Program-made: the position numbers and the translations under genes
NCBI GenBank assembly: GCA_963668025.2
Contig: CAXXTH010000019.1
Coordinates: forward strand, 1-64,000
Origin: Candidatus Hydrogenedentota bacterium
Lineage (GTDB): Bacteria; Hydrogenedentota; Hydrogenedentia; Hydrogenedentales; SLHB01
Length of the DNA: 64,000 bases
Direction of reading: 5' to 3'
Notes under the pieces: model-generated
Told to the model about the DNA's origin: nothing
The model's database searches: none
What the model saw: the letters and a program-made list of their open reading frames with translations, nothing else
Part shown: piece by piece, positions 1 to 11,210 of the stretch
How the letters are laid out: each line of letters begins with the position of its first letter
Numbering within the stretch: position 1 is the first letter of the stretch

Positions 1-501
1 TAGCTTTCCCGTCCGCTTGGTTGTTTCCACCATCCGCCGGGCTTCCGAGAGCGAGTTGGACATCTCCTTCTCGCAATAGACATGAAGGCCTTTTTCCATG
101 CAGGCGATGGCGTGCTCGGCGTGCATCCAATCGGGCGTGGCGACAATGGCTGCATCGAGAGTTTCTTTATCGAGCATCTCGCGGTAGTCTTCATAGACAT
201 TCACGGGGTGGCCGAATTTCTTGAGCATGCCCGAGCTGCGGCGCTGGTTGTAGGCCCAAATATCGCAGACGGCCTTGAACCGCACGCCGGGGATGCGCAG
301 GCAGGCATCCATCAACACTTGGCCTTGTGCGCCCGCGCCAATCAGTGCGATAGCCAATTCGCCCGCGGGAGGTTGCGCGGTTTCTTGCGCTTGTGCGCCA
401 CGGCCCGCAAATGCCGCCAAGGCGCTTGCGGCCGCCGCCCCCGTGAGGAATCCGCGCCGTGAAACCGTTGTATCCGGATGCGTCGTTTGCTTGGTATCCA
501 T
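1..501 (-). CDS. Gfo/Idh/MocA family oxidoreductase with Tat signal (3' end runs off the window)
   Basis: Not in the ORF track. Manual minus-strand translation from ATG 501: MDTKQTTHPDTTVSRRGFLTGAAAA (Tat SRRGFL)...IALIGAGAQG...IVATPDWMHAEHAIACMEKGLHVYCEKEMS. GGAGG RBS upstream. Confidence 0.9.
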   Translation of the reverse strand, partial: MDTKQTTHPDTTVSRRGFLTGAAAASALAAFAGRGAQAQETAQPPAGELAIALIGAGAQGQVLMDACLRIPGVRFKAVCDIWAYNQRRSSGMLKKFGHPVNVYEDYREMLDKETLDAAIVATPDWMHAEHAIACMEKGLHVYCEKEMSNSLSEARRMVETTKRTGKL

Positions 502-955
502 CTGCCCTCCAGCGTTTGGCGGCTGCACACAGCTTAACCAAATCACGCCCTTTATTCCACGAGACATATTACACTAACAAAGCAGAATGGAACTTCCGCC
601 TTTTGGGGAATAGCCCGCCTTCTATTTTATTATAAGCAAGGAGGTTTGGGGGATCAACGCACAAGCGGTAAATCGCATTAAAAAACCGTTGTTTTCTGCT
701 CTTTATCGTTTATGTGTTTATCAAGCATAACTGAAATTCTGCTACTTGGCGGAGAACTAACCACCGGAGACGCCCGATACTCAAGGGGAAAGCCCCGTTT
801 CTTTGGAAGTGCGAATGGACGCGAATAGGTTATTTTATGCGCTTTTTTTATTTCCCGTGGCGCAGCGCGGATTGTATTTTATTGTATAAGAATCTGGCGC
901 GGGGAGCCAGCGCTGTTTATACTATTTTCTCGCCGTTGTTCAACAGGAGTATCAC

Positions 956-2116
956 ATGAATTCGGAGCATTTTTTTCTTGATCTGGCATTTGTGGTGGCA
1001 ATAGCGGGAGGGTTGTCCTGGCTGGCTTTGATGCTGCGCCAGCCGGTTATATTGGGTTATATCCTATGTGGAATTCTTGCGGGGCCATTTGGATTCGGCT
1101 TGGTGCATGGGATTCAATTTGTGGATGAGGTGGGCCGGGTAGGCATTGCGCTGCTGCTGTTTCTCGCGGGCATGACGCTCCATCCCGTCCGGCTGGCCCA
1201 ACTCTTCCGGCAGACGATGGTGGTTACCGCCGTGAGCAGCATCTGCTGTGCGCTGCTTGCGGGCGGTTTCGCATGGTTATGGCAGTTCGAATGGCGGGAA
1301 TGCGTGATCATCGGGCTTGCCTGCATGTTTTCGAGCACGATCCTCGTCGTCAAGCTCATGCCAACGACCGCCCTGCACCACCAACACATGGGCGCGATTT
1401 GCATCGCCATCCTCATCGCGCAAGACCTGCTGGCCATCGCCCTGCTCATGTTTCTAGCGGGGATGGCGTCCACCAGTTCCCAGTCGTTTCTGTTGCTTCC
1501 GGTAAAGGCGGTGGGGCTCATCTCGGTGGCCTTGGTTATTGAACAGTTTGTCTTGCGCTGGATGCTACATAAAAGCGATCGGTTCCACGAGACCTTGCTT
1601 CTCCTCAGCCTGGCCTGGTGTTTATCGTTAGCCATGCTGGCGGAATGGCTGGGCTTGTCGCTCGAGGCGGGGGCCTTTGTGGCGGGCGTGGCCATGGCGC
1701 GCAATCCCATCGCCTGTTTCCTGAGTGAACGCTTGAAGCCATTCCGCGATTTCTTTTTGGTGTTATTTTTCTTCGTCCTTGGAGCGCGCCTCAATTTATT
1801 TATCGCCCTAGGCGTCCTTGCGCCCGCCATATTGCTGGCGCTGTTGTTGCTGGCGGCAAAACCGTATATGTTCCGGCTGTTGTTGCTGCGTACGGGCGAG
1901 CCTCCCGCATTTGCCCAGCAAGCTGGTTTGCGCTTGGGGCAAAGCAGTGAGTTTGCCCTTATATTGGCCACGTTCGCGGCGCAGACCGGCGTTTTGGCCG
2001 AACGCGCCTCCCAATTCGTGCAGCTTGTAACCTTGATTACGTTGATCGCTTCTTCTTATATCGTGGTTTTCCGGCTGCCAACGCCGTTGGGACGCAAGGG
2101 CCTCCAGCAAGATTGA
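956..2116 (+). CDS. Cation:proton antiporter, CPA2 (KefB/KefC-like) family, no KTN domain
   Basis: Many TM helices; RQPVILGYILCG, FSSTILVVK, ILIAQD, GAFVAG, GQSSEFAL motifs; AGGAG RBS. Confidence 0.9.
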   Translation: MNSEHFFLDLAFVVAIAGGLSWLALMLRQPVILGYILCGILAGPFGFGLVHGIQFVDEVGRVGIALLLFLAGMTLHPVRLAQLFRQTMVVTAVSSICCALLAGGFAWLWQFEWRECVIIGLACMFSSTILVVKLMPTTALHHQHMGAICIAILIAQDLLAIALLMFLAGMASTSSQSFLLLPVKAVGLISVALVIEQFVLRWMLHKSDRFHETLLLLSLAWCLSLAMLAEWLGLSLEAGAFVAGVAMARNPIACFLSERLKPFRDFFLVLFFFVLGARLNLFIALGVLAPAILLALLLLAAKPYMFRLLLLRTGEPPAFAQQAGLRLGQSSEFALILATFAAQTGVLAERASQFVQLVTLITLIASSYIVVFRLPTPLGRKGLQQD

Positions 2117-2198
2117 TTCCGTGCTGGCCTTGCATGCGCCGTCTCTGTTAGCATGGGCGCTGGGGTAACGAAATTGCAGTTCACGAGGAGATGTATAC

Positions 2199-3701
2199 AT
2201 GGGTGAGTTTGTATTGGAGATGAAAGATATCGTCAAGCGTTTCCCGGGCGTGCTGGCGGTGGACCATGCCCAGCTCACGTTGCGGCCTGGCGAGGTGCAT
2301 TGCCTGGTTGGGGAAAACGGCGCGGGCAAATCAACGCTCATGAAGATTCTCTCCGGCGCGCTCCAAAAAGACGGCGGCGAGATCCATATGAACGGCGAAC
2401 CTATCCGAATCTCTTCTCCGCACCACGCCCAAGAACTCGGCATCGCTATGATTTACCAGGAGTTTAATCTGAGCCCTTACATGAGCGTAGCGGAGAATAT
2501 CTATTTGGGCCGCGAGCCACGCCTGGGCAAAACGCCTTTTGTGGATTGGCGGCGCATGTATGGCGGCGCGCAGGAGGTGCTCGAACGCATAGGCGTCCGC
2601 CTGGACGTGCGGCGCGCCATATACGAATGCAGCGTCGCCCAGCAGCAAATGGTCGAAATCGCCAAGGCGGTGTCATGCAACGCCAAAATCATCGTGATGG
2701 ATGAACCTTCGGCCACCTTGACCGACCACGAATTACGGGCGCTATTCGTGCTGATACAGGAACTGAAACGCCAGCAAATCGGCATCATTTATATCTCCCA
2801 TCGCCTTGAGGAAATCTTCGAGATCGGCGACCGTATCACCGTCATGCGCGACGGCCAATACATCGGCACGCATGCGGTCCGGGATTTGACCCGCGAGGGC
2901 ATCATTCACATGATGGTGGGCCGTGATCTGGCGGCGGAGTTTCCCAAAGAAACCTTTACTGTGGGCCAGGAACGATTGCGGGTGGAAGGCCTCACGCGGC
3001 GCGGGGTGTTCCAGGATGTGTCGTTTAGTCTGAATCATGGCGAAATCGTGGGGCTAACCGGCCTTGTCGGCGCGGGCCGCACGGAAGTCGCCCGTGCGAT
3101 ATTCGGCGCGGATCGCATTGATGCGGGCCGCATCCTATTGGATGGCCGCCCAATCCTGGTCCGTTCGCCGCAAGACGCCATTCGCCAAGGCATCGGCCTT
3201 CTCACGGAAGACCGCAAAAACCAAGGCCTGGTATTGGGCATGACTGTCCGCGAAAACACCACCATCGCCAATCTATCCAAACTGGTGAATCTTCTGTTCG
3301 TGAATCGTAAGAAGGAGCGCCAGGCCGTGGAAGGGTATATCAACAGCCTGCACATCAAAACCCCATCTCTCGAACAAACCGCCCAGAACCTCAGCGGCGG
3401 CAACCAACAGAAAGTGGTTCTCGCAAAATGGCTCTTCACGGAATCTAGGATCTTGATCTTCGACGAGCCGACGCGCGGCATCGACGTAGGGGCCAAGGCG
3501 GAAATTTATAAGCTCATGAACGAACTTATCCGCCAAGGCGTATGCATCCTCATGATATCGAGTGAACTGCCGGAAGTGCTGGGCATGTGCGACCGCATTC
3601 TCGTCATGCATGAAGGCCATATCGCGGGCGAGCTATCCCGTGCGGACGCCACGCAAGAAGGCATTATGCGCCTCGCGACAGGCATCGCCATAGCGGTATA
3701 G
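2199..3701 (+). CDS. rbsA: Sugar ABC transporter ATP-binding protein (RbsA/CUT2 type, two NBDs)
   Basis: GENGAGKSTL Walker A, IIVMDEPS, LSGGNQQKV, FDEPTRGIDVGAK. Confidence 0.92.
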   Translation: MGEFVLEMKDIVKRFPGVLAVDHAQLTLRPGEVHCLVGENGAGKSTLMKILSGALQKDGGEIHMNGEPIRISSPHHAQELGIAMIYQEFNLSPYMSVAENIYLGREPRLGKTPFVDWRRMYGGAQEVLERIGVRLDVRRAIYECSVAQQQMVEIAKAVSCNAKIIVMDEPSATLTDHELRALFVLIQELKRQQIGIIYISHRLEEIFEIGDRITVMRDGQYIGTHAVRDLTREGIIHMMVGRDLAAEFPKETFTVGQERLRVEGLTRRGVFQDVSFSLNHGEIVGLTGLVGAGRTEVARAIFGADRIDAGRILLDGRPILVRSPQDAIRQGIGLLTEDRKNQGLVLGMTVRENTTIANLSKLVNLLFVNRKKERQAVEGYINSLHIKTPSLEQTAQNLSGGNQQKVVLAKWLFTESRILIFDEPTRGIDVGAKAEIYKLMNELIRQGVCILMISSELPEVLGMCDRILVMHEGHIAGELSRADATQEGIMRLATGIAIAV

Positions 3702-3762
3702 CGCAAAATCCGCAAAGGCCAGGGTGTTCATATCAAGCGTATGGAAGCGCCCCAGTAATACC

Positions 3763-3873
3763 GTAGATTTTTGGCCGGCTGAAATAGCGTCTTATATTTG
3801 GCGGCCTTGTTTCTTCTCTTTTTCCGGTATTGATACCACATTTTGCATCTGATGACCGGCGAGGGCGTCGGTC
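3763..3873 (+). repeat. Degenerate partial copy of the MITE at 27440-27627
   Basis: gccggctgaaatagcgtcttatatttggc...ccggtattgatac...ttgcatct...gaccggcgagggcgtcggtc aligns colinearly with the left ~110 bp of the MITE; the terminal IR is decayed. Confidence 0.8.
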
Positions 3874-3967
3874 ATTTTTTTTACCAGGGCAAGGCTGGTT
3901 TGGGCGACCAGGCGGATGTGCGGTATAATATGAAGCAGCGGTGGGGCTTTTTTTGATAAGGAGCTCG

Positions 3968-5074
3968 ATGATGCGTCTCTGGACAAGCCTGGCGGTTTTA
4001 CTCTGTGTGGCCATGAGCGTTTCGGCGGAGAGCGCCCTGGATGGGCGGGTCATCACATTTGACGCCGGTTCATGGATGAGCCTGTATCCTCCTCTTGCGT
4101 TACCGTATGAAGGCGCACCACCCGAAGGCCGCATTCGAGCGGTGGAGGAAAGCACGGGCAAAGATTTTCCGGCCACCATCCGCAATGGGCAATTCGTATT
4201 TACGCCGGAAGGCGCCATGCCCAATACCCGCCATGCGTATCGAATTTATGTTGAACCTATCGACTTGCCCCCCGTCGTGCGTATCGAGAAAGCCGAAGCA
4301 GGAGGCGCACTGAATGTGTTCGTTGAAGACAAGCCGGTCGCGTCATACGCCTCCGGTGCGGAATTGCCCAGGCCCATTTTGAATCTTTTGACGGAGATAG
4401 GCGGGTCCCGCGTGGCGGATACGCTTTGGACCGGGTATGGCCTTGTCAATGGAGCCGCCTGCTGGAGTGACGGCCAGCAGAAAAGCGGGGAAACCACATT
4501 TGGCTCGGGCGGGGCGTATGGCTGGATACGGACAACAAAAGTCTGGCAAAACGCCCAGCAAACGCCGCTGCTGGATGAAACCAGTGAGTATCGATTTTAC
4601 GCCTGGGGATACGAGGGATGCCTGTTCGACGTGTTCATTGAGCTTTCCGCCACATATGGCGAGGTGCAATTCACGCCAGTGTCGGAGCAAGGGCTTATGA
4701 ATATCCGCGTGGCGGATTCCCTCAAAGACCGGCGGGAAGGCGGCCTGCCTGCGGCGGATGCGCCCCAGGAAACGGGCGGGTGGTGTGATGTTTCGGGAGC
4801 CTTTGGTGAAACCAAAGCCGGTGTAACCTTATTCGCGCTTCCCGCCAATCCGGGCCATCCTCCCGTATGGGGAGGCGCGGCGAGCGCCATGATTGCCGCC
4901 GACTGCTTTGGCCAAAAAGGCGGATATACGCTCAAGAAAGGCGAATCGCTCCAGCTCGGGTTCCGTATTTTCGTTCATGGCGAAGCTACGGCGGATGAAT
5001 TGAAAGGCCGGTATGCGGATTTTGCCACGCCGCCAAAGGCCATATGGGCTCCCGAGCCAGAAACGGGCGGCTGA
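3968..5074 (+). CDS. Secreted PmoA-like/DUF6807-like beta-sandwich protein (divergent)
   Basis: Signal peptide; RPIL...LWTGYGLVNG..CW, LLDE, GL.IRVAD, WCDVSG, P.NPGHPPVW and LKKGESL resemble this family. Confidence 0.6.
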   Translation: MMRLWTSLAVLLCVAMSVSAESALDGRVITFDAGSWMSLYPPLALPYEGAPPEGRIRAVEESTGKDFPATIRNGQFVFTPEGAMPNTRHAYRIYVEPIDLPPVVRIEKAEAGGALNVFVEDKPVASYASGAELPRPILNLLTEIGGSRVADTLWTGYGLVNGAACWSDGQQKSGETTFGSGGAYGWIRTTKVWQNAQQTPLLDETSEYRFYAWGYEGCLFDVFIELSATYGEVQFTPVSEQGLMNIRVADSLKDRREGGLPAADAPQETGGWCDVSGAFGETKAGVTLFALPANPGHPPVWGGAASAMIAADCFGQKGGYTLKKGESLQLGFRIFVHGEATADELKGRYADFATPPKAIWAPEPETGG

Positions 5075-5256
5075 CGCTGCTGCTGTAATCCATGGCCTTT
5101 GGGAATTGTGTTTGGCTCATGCAGTCCACTATCAGCCCATGGCCATTGAATCATTGGGTGCGCTATTCGTACAATCCCCTTGCGCTGGTGGAGGCGGAGT
5201 CCCGGCAGGAATGTAGTGTCCAACGCCGCCAAGGGGAGCGCACTAAAGGTGTCCAC

Positions 5257-5613
5257 GTGAGCAATGAAGTAAAAAAAACGGAAGCCGCGCCCGAAAACCG
5301 TTGCTGGCGGTGTTTGCATCCCATTGAGCCGGGCGACCGGTTTTGCCGCCATTGCGGCCGCAGGCAAGTGTCTCTTTCAGGCAAGCTTCTTTATCATCCT
5401 ATATCCATCATCATACTTACCCTTACGATACTCGGTCCGTTCGCGTTATTCCTGGTTTGGAAATCGCCGTTCATGAACCGGACGGAAAAGATTATTTTGT
5501 CGATAGGAATTGCTTTAGTTACCGCTGTAGTAATTTATGCATCTATATATATTGTGGTTATGATTTATCACGAATGGCAGAGCATCGATAGCATGTGGGA
5601 GCAGCTCAACTGA
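5257..5613 (+). CDS. Small zinc-ribbon membrane protein
   Basis: GTG start after AAGG; CWRC...FCRHCG ribbon followed by two TM helices. Confidence 0.7.
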   Translation: MSNEVKKTEAAPENRCWRCLHPIEPGDRFCRHCGRRQVSLSGKLLYHPISIIILTLTILGPFALFLVWKSPFMNRTEKIILSIGIALVTAVVIYASIYIVVMIYHEWQSIDSMWEQLN

Positions 5614-5628
5614 GGAAATAAGCTGCCT

Positions 5629-6561
5629 CTATCCGGTTTTCTTTCCAATTGGCAAGGCCGCCGCAAGGGCCTCTCCCACGGCCAAATGGCCTTGGGCGTT
5701 TAAATGCACGCCATCCACATAATTTTCCGGCCCTAGTTGCATCGAATCCGCCAGGTCGATGAAAGGGATCTCCGCCTCATGCAGCGCTGCGATGACTTCA
5801 TTCCGCAGGCTCGAATCTTCGCCCGGGGCGGGCGGAGCCAATACCACATGGAAATCCACCTGCCCATCTAATTGCGCATATAACTCAGCCAGTGATTGTA
5901 TGTTCAAAGGAATGCATTCGCGGCCCGGTGCGGTCCCGTCCGCCGATTCCGCGGGCGGCGGCCCCTCGAGCCATGCCCACCCAAGCCGCTTGCCCGCTTG
6001 CAGCCGGAACAGGCCCCATGCCGTTTCCATGGCGAACCAAGGTGTTTTCATTGGAAAGACCACGGAGTCGCGCGCCAAACACACGCGGGGGGCGCGCTCG
6101 AAATCGCGGGGAATGGCATACGCGAGCAGCACATCCGGCGCAAGCCCTCGAAGCCGCGTGCTATAGAGCGCGGCCATTTGCGCCACCGAGTAGCCGTTTA
6201 TGCCCGCGTTAATGACTTCCGCACCGCCAAGCCGCTGCTCGAGTATCGAAGTGAACAATTCTTCCTGCCGAATCCTCGGGCCGCCCCAGGTGACGCTATC
6301 TCCCAGCACTAAAACGCGCCGCATATCTCCGGAACGCGCATCCAAGGGCCGCGGATCGCGGACGCCCCAGTCATTTATCCGCACGTCATTGCCCATTATC
6401 CGTACGGTTTGGTTAGGCTTGAGGCGATATCCGGCCTCCGAATCGCATTCATACAGCACCATGGAACGCAGCCCCATCACGCGCAATATTGCCTCGAGTA
6501 AAAGAACCGTGGCGATGGCGATGTATATGACTTGCTTTATCTTAGTTTTAGAGTGATGCAT
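5629..6561 (-). CDS. SGNH/GDSL hydrolase family protein, N-terminal membrane anchor
   Basis: VLGDSVTWG, VINAGINGYS, DGVHLNAQGH. Confidence 0.88.
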   Translation of the reverse strand: MHHSKTKIKQVIYIAIATVLLLEAILRVMGLRSMVLYECDSEAGYRLKPNQTVRIMGNDVRINDWGVRDPRPLDARSGDMRRVLVLGDSVTWGGPRIRQEELFTSILEQRLGGAEVINAGINGYSVAQMAALYSTRLRGLAPDVLLAYAIPRDFERAPRVCLARDSVVFPMKTPWFAMETAWGLFRLQAGKRLGWAWLEGPPPAESADGTAPGRECIPLNIQSLAELYAQLDGQVDFHVVLAPPAPGEDSSLRNEVIAALHEAEIPFIDLADSMQLGPENYVDGVHLNAQGHLAVGEALAAALPIGKKTG

Positions 6562-7040
6562 GGGCTTCCCATTGTTCCGTCATTCGTTATAGCGAACGAT
6601 ATAATTATTCTATATCACTTTCTGTCGAAATATGGGTTTTTGCGATGATTATGCATAGAACTCAAATTAAATCAAATGGTTACGGCACCCCTAATCGCCG
6701 GGCAAGGCCCATCATTTTCTGGTAAACAGGCGAATTAGCCAAAAAGCAGCCATCATTATCATGTAATATGGAATGCGCAGGCACCACCTTTTTGGTGGAG
6801 TCGGGTCATTTTCAACGCAAGGCGCGGAAGTACGCAAAGTATCGCAAAGAATCCACTCTTCCCTATTCTCGAATGTGCGAATGAACAGTTCGAGAGTGTT
6901 TTTTTCGGATGCTTTTGCTTCAGATGGCTCATATGATGCGAAAATGCATTGCCATTCGTTCCGCCCGGCGCGCCTTATTGTGGATGATGGTGCGAAAATG
7001 CGTATACTATACACGTAAATCCAGTTGGAGGAGGTGGAGT

Positions 7041-8369
7041 ATGCCGTATGCGCATCGGTTTTTAGTAATGGCCTTATTAGGCGTATTGACAGGCTGGGCT
7101 TGTGCAGAGCAGGCCGCATGGGTGAGTGAAGCGGATGGCCGGGGTGCGCTGGAATGGCTGAAGCCCGGCGGAGAATTCCGCATGTTATCCGCGCCCGGCG
7201 AAACCGCGGCCGGCCCGCCGCAGGCGCTCACGGAGATCCGTCTCGAACCCAGCAGCGAACCAGGCAAATTCGCCGTCGTAGCCAATGGGAAAGGTGTCGA
7301 TTTGGCCACGGTCTATGTATCTAAAGAGGGGAAATGGGCCAACCTGGCTATGCTGTTGAATCTGCCGGTGACCGATATGCCCGAGTTTCTCGACGCCCCA
7401 GCAGACGCCAAACTGGATTTCGTGGGCTCGTTGTATGAGGGAAAAGTCGACGAGAAACATGCGTTCATCCTGGACCTCTCCCGCCAGGGAAATAATTTGG
7501 ACGGGGCGTACGCCTATCTGCATATTGGAGAGCCTATTGCCGTCAAGGGTGAGATCAAGCCAGATGGCGCTTTCCAGTTGACGGAATACACGGAAGACAA
7601 GCCAACGGGTGTTTTCGAAGGCGCGCTGAGTCTAGACGGCCGTTCCTTGTCGGGTACATGGAAAAATGAGGGCGAAGAGGGCGCACTGCCTTTCAAGGCG
7701 CAACGATTTGCCGTGCGCGAAGGCGAGGAACGCACGGAGAAAATCGCAGGCGTCGAGACCAAGACCACGCTGGCCTGGCCGATCTTCGAGGCGATGGGCG
7801 GAGTGAAAATGGATGCCCTGAACGCCGCCGTTAAAAAGACGGTGCAGGATGCGTACGCCCAATTCCGCACATCCACGGAAACGGCCTTGAATGCCGTGGA
7901 ATCCGGCGAAGAAGAACTCCCCGAAATGAGTTTTGATATGTCCTATTACATGGTGACATTTCATTCCCCCTCGATGGCCAGCATGTTCTATATGACATAT
8001 GAATACTCGGGCGGTGCGCATGGCATGAGTTCATTCACCCCCTATAATGCGCGCATCTCCGCGGACGGGTCTATTGCCAGGCTGGCTCTAAAGGACTTAT
8101 TCAATACGGAAAACTATCTGGAGCCGCTATCGGCTTTCGTCCTGGATGTCCTCGAAAAGGCTGAGGCAAGTTTTGTGGTGGACGGCACGGTGGCTTCGTT
8201 CAGCGCCGAGGACCTGGCTAGTTTCACGCTGTCGCCCCGAGGCGCCACTTTCCATTTCGATCCTTATGCGGTGGCTTCTTATGCGGAAGGCACTTTTGAT
8301 GTCGTCGTGCCATTCACCGAGTTGAAAGAGCTGTGGAATCCAGAGCTCATCAAGGCCTTAGGCGGATGA
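7041..8369 (+). CDS. Secreted DUF3298/DUF4163 (RsiV/PdaC-like) domain protein
   Basis: GGAGG RBS, signal peptide; YEYSGGAHG and FDPYAVASYAEG motifs. Confidence 0.8.
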   Translation: MPYAHRFLVMALLGVLTGWACAEQAAWVSEADGRGALEWLKPGGEFRMLSAPGETAAGPPQALTEIRLEPSSEPGKFAVVANGKGVDLATVYVSKEGKWANLAMLLNLPVTDMPEFLDAPADAKLDFVGSLYEGKVDEKHAFILDLSRQGNNLDGAYAYLHIGEPIAVKGEIKPDGAFQLTEYTEDKPTGVFEGALSLDGRSLSGTWKNEGEEGALPFKAQRFAVREGEERTEKIAGVETKTTLAWPIFEAMGGVKMDALNAAVKKTVQDAYAQFRTSTETALNAVESGEEELPEMSFDMSYYMVTFHSPSMASMFYMTYEYSGGAHGMSSFTPYNARISADGSIARLALKDLFNTENYLEPLSAFVLDVLEKAEASFVVDGTVASFSAEDLASFTLSPRGATFHFDPYAVASYAEGTFDVVVPFTELKELWNPELIKALGG

Positions 8370-8396
8370 TACGGGGGCGCATCCCGCCAAATGTCT

Positions 8397-9845
8397 TCAG
8401 CAATATAATCTTCCGCGTATAGAGGCAAACGCATCGAGAGCGCGTGCGCGCGCGGCTTCATGGTCAACGATGGGAAAAGGATACGTTTTCCCGAGCGCGA
8501 CGCCCGCACGCGCCAGCTCGGATGCAGGGGCCTTCCATGGTTTGTGAAGCCATGCATCTGGCAGGGCCGCTAATTCGGGAATCCACCGGCGCACATACAC
8601 ACCTTGGCGGTCGTATCGTTCGCCTTGGGCCACGGGATTGAAGATGCGGAAATAAGGAGCGGCGTCCGCACCGCACCCGGCGGCCCATTGCCAGCCGAAT
8701 GAGTTATTCGCGAGGTCTGCATCCACCAGCGTATCCCAAAACCACCGTGCGCCAGATTGCCATGGGAGAAGCAGGTCCTTGGTGAAGAACGAGGCTGTGA
8801 TCATACGGACGCGGTTATGCATCCAGCCCGTAGCCCAGAGTTCGCGCATACCGGCGTCAATGAGGGGAAAGCCCGTATGCCCAGCCCGCCATGCATCCAG
8901 CGCTTCCCTGTCGTCCCGCCAAGGGAAATGGGCGAATTCGGGCCGAAGCGGTTCTGCTGGCGTATCAGGAAAATGATAGAGCACATAATGGGCGAATTCG
9001 CGCCATGCAAGCTGGCGCAGGAAAGCTTCGGCGGAAGCATGCGCATGGGGAGGCATGCCCGCAGTACGTTCCATGATGGCATGCCAAATCTGCTTAGGGC
9101 TAATCTCGCCAAAGTGGAGATAGGGCGATAAACGCGATACGCCGTCATCGCCGGGAAAATCCCGTGTCTGGGCGTATTTCTCCATGGCACCCGCGCACCA
9201 TGCATCCAATTGGCGCTGGGCGGCGGCTTCGCCGGGCGTCCAGGCTTCGCGAATGCTTGCGTCCCATGGAATCTTTGGCCGAAGCGATAAGGCCTCGAGC
9301 GGTTCACTGTCTGGCCACACCGGAGGAGGCGGAATGCATTCAGGCGCGGGGATGGGAGGGGGCACGTGCATCCGCTGCATGAATGCGCGCCAATAAGGCG
9401 TAAAGACTTGGTAAGGCTTGCCTTGCTTGTTCAGCAATTCACTTGGTTCCGCGAGGAGGGAGGCGTTAAATCCGCGCACTTCGAATCCCCGCTGCTTAAA
9501 ATAGGTGCAAGCCTGTTCGCCAGCGCAGCGTGCGGCAGGTTCATAGCGCCAGTTAAAATAGAGCGCATCGGCGCCGAGTTCAGCCGCCAAGTCATCAAGG
9601 GCGGCCAGGCAAGGCCTGTGGCGAATGATGAGCTCTGAGCCTCGGGTGCGCAAAGATTCACGCAGGCATGCGAGCGTTCCTTCCATCCATACGCGGGAAG
9701 CGGAGCCCATGGGCCAGTTGCCTTCGCCTTCAAACGGCCAGATGAACACAGGGGCCACGGGATTGCCTCGTGCGATAGCGACCGCCAGCGCCGGATTATC
9801 GCTGAGACGAAATCCCGTATTCAGCCATAGCATCGTACAAGGCAT
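8397..9845 (-). CDS. phrB: Deoxyribodipyrimidine photolyase (class I CPD)
   Basis: RLSDNPAL, SRLSPYLHFGEIS, GWMHNRVRMITASF, DADLANNSFGWQW, PYFRIFNP. Confidence 0.95.
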   Translation of the reverse strand: MPCTMLWLNTGFRLSDNPALAVAIARGNPVAPVFIWPFEGEGNWPMGSASRVWMEGTLACLRESLRTRGSELIIRHRPCLAALDDLAAELGADALYFNWRYEPAARCAGEQACTYFKQRGFEVRGFNASLLAEPSELLNKQGKPYQVFTPYWRAFMQRMHVPPPIPAPECIPPPPVWPDSEPLEALSLRPKIPWDASIREAWTPGEAAAQRQLDAWCAGAMEKYAQTRDFPGDDGVSRLSPYLHFGEISPKQIWHAIMERTAGMPPHAHASAEAFLRQLAWREFAHYVLYHFPDTPAEPLRPEFAHFPWRDDREALDAWRAGHTGFPLIDAGMRELWATGWMHNRVRMITASFFTKDLLLPWQSGARWFWDTLVDADLANNSFGWQWAAGCGADAAPYFRIFNPVAQGERYDRQGVYVRRWIPELAALPDAWLHKPWKAPASELARAGVALGKTYPFPIVDHEAARARALDAFASIRGRLYC

Positions 9846-10017
9846 GGCGTTTTTCCTTATGTACGAAATCCGCCTTTTTGATATATTCTATCAAATATAA
9901 TAATCCTTACGCTAAAAAAAGCACTAGTTAAGAATATATGGCCGTGTTGCAGGGATGAATGCAGCGATTTTTGGCAATCATGCCGAATACAGACGCTTTT
10001 TCTTGATTTTTATTAGA

Positions 10018-10046
10018 TTGGAATCAGTGATTTGTTTTGGTATAAT
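10018..10046 (+). promoter_or_regulatory. Putative sigma70 promoter of the mre operon
   Basis: TTGGAA-N17-TATAAT with extended -10 TG. Confidence 0.6.
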
Positions 10047-10085
10047 CCGGCCTCAAATATGGGTATTCCCTTAATTTAGGTTTGA

Positions 10086-11171
<1,086 letters not shown>

Positions 11172-11210
11172 CCGGATTCGGATGCCCGAACCGGTGTAGA
11201 CAGGTGGGCT

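Noticed and set aside
82-462. Plus-strand 126-aa ORF
   Set aside because: Shadow of the minus-strand Gfo/Idh/MocA gene.
578-955. Possible riboswitch upstream of the cation antiporter
   Set aside because: I could not match c-di-AMP, Na+ or Li+ riboswitch consensus features by eye; an Rfam/Infernal scan would be needed.
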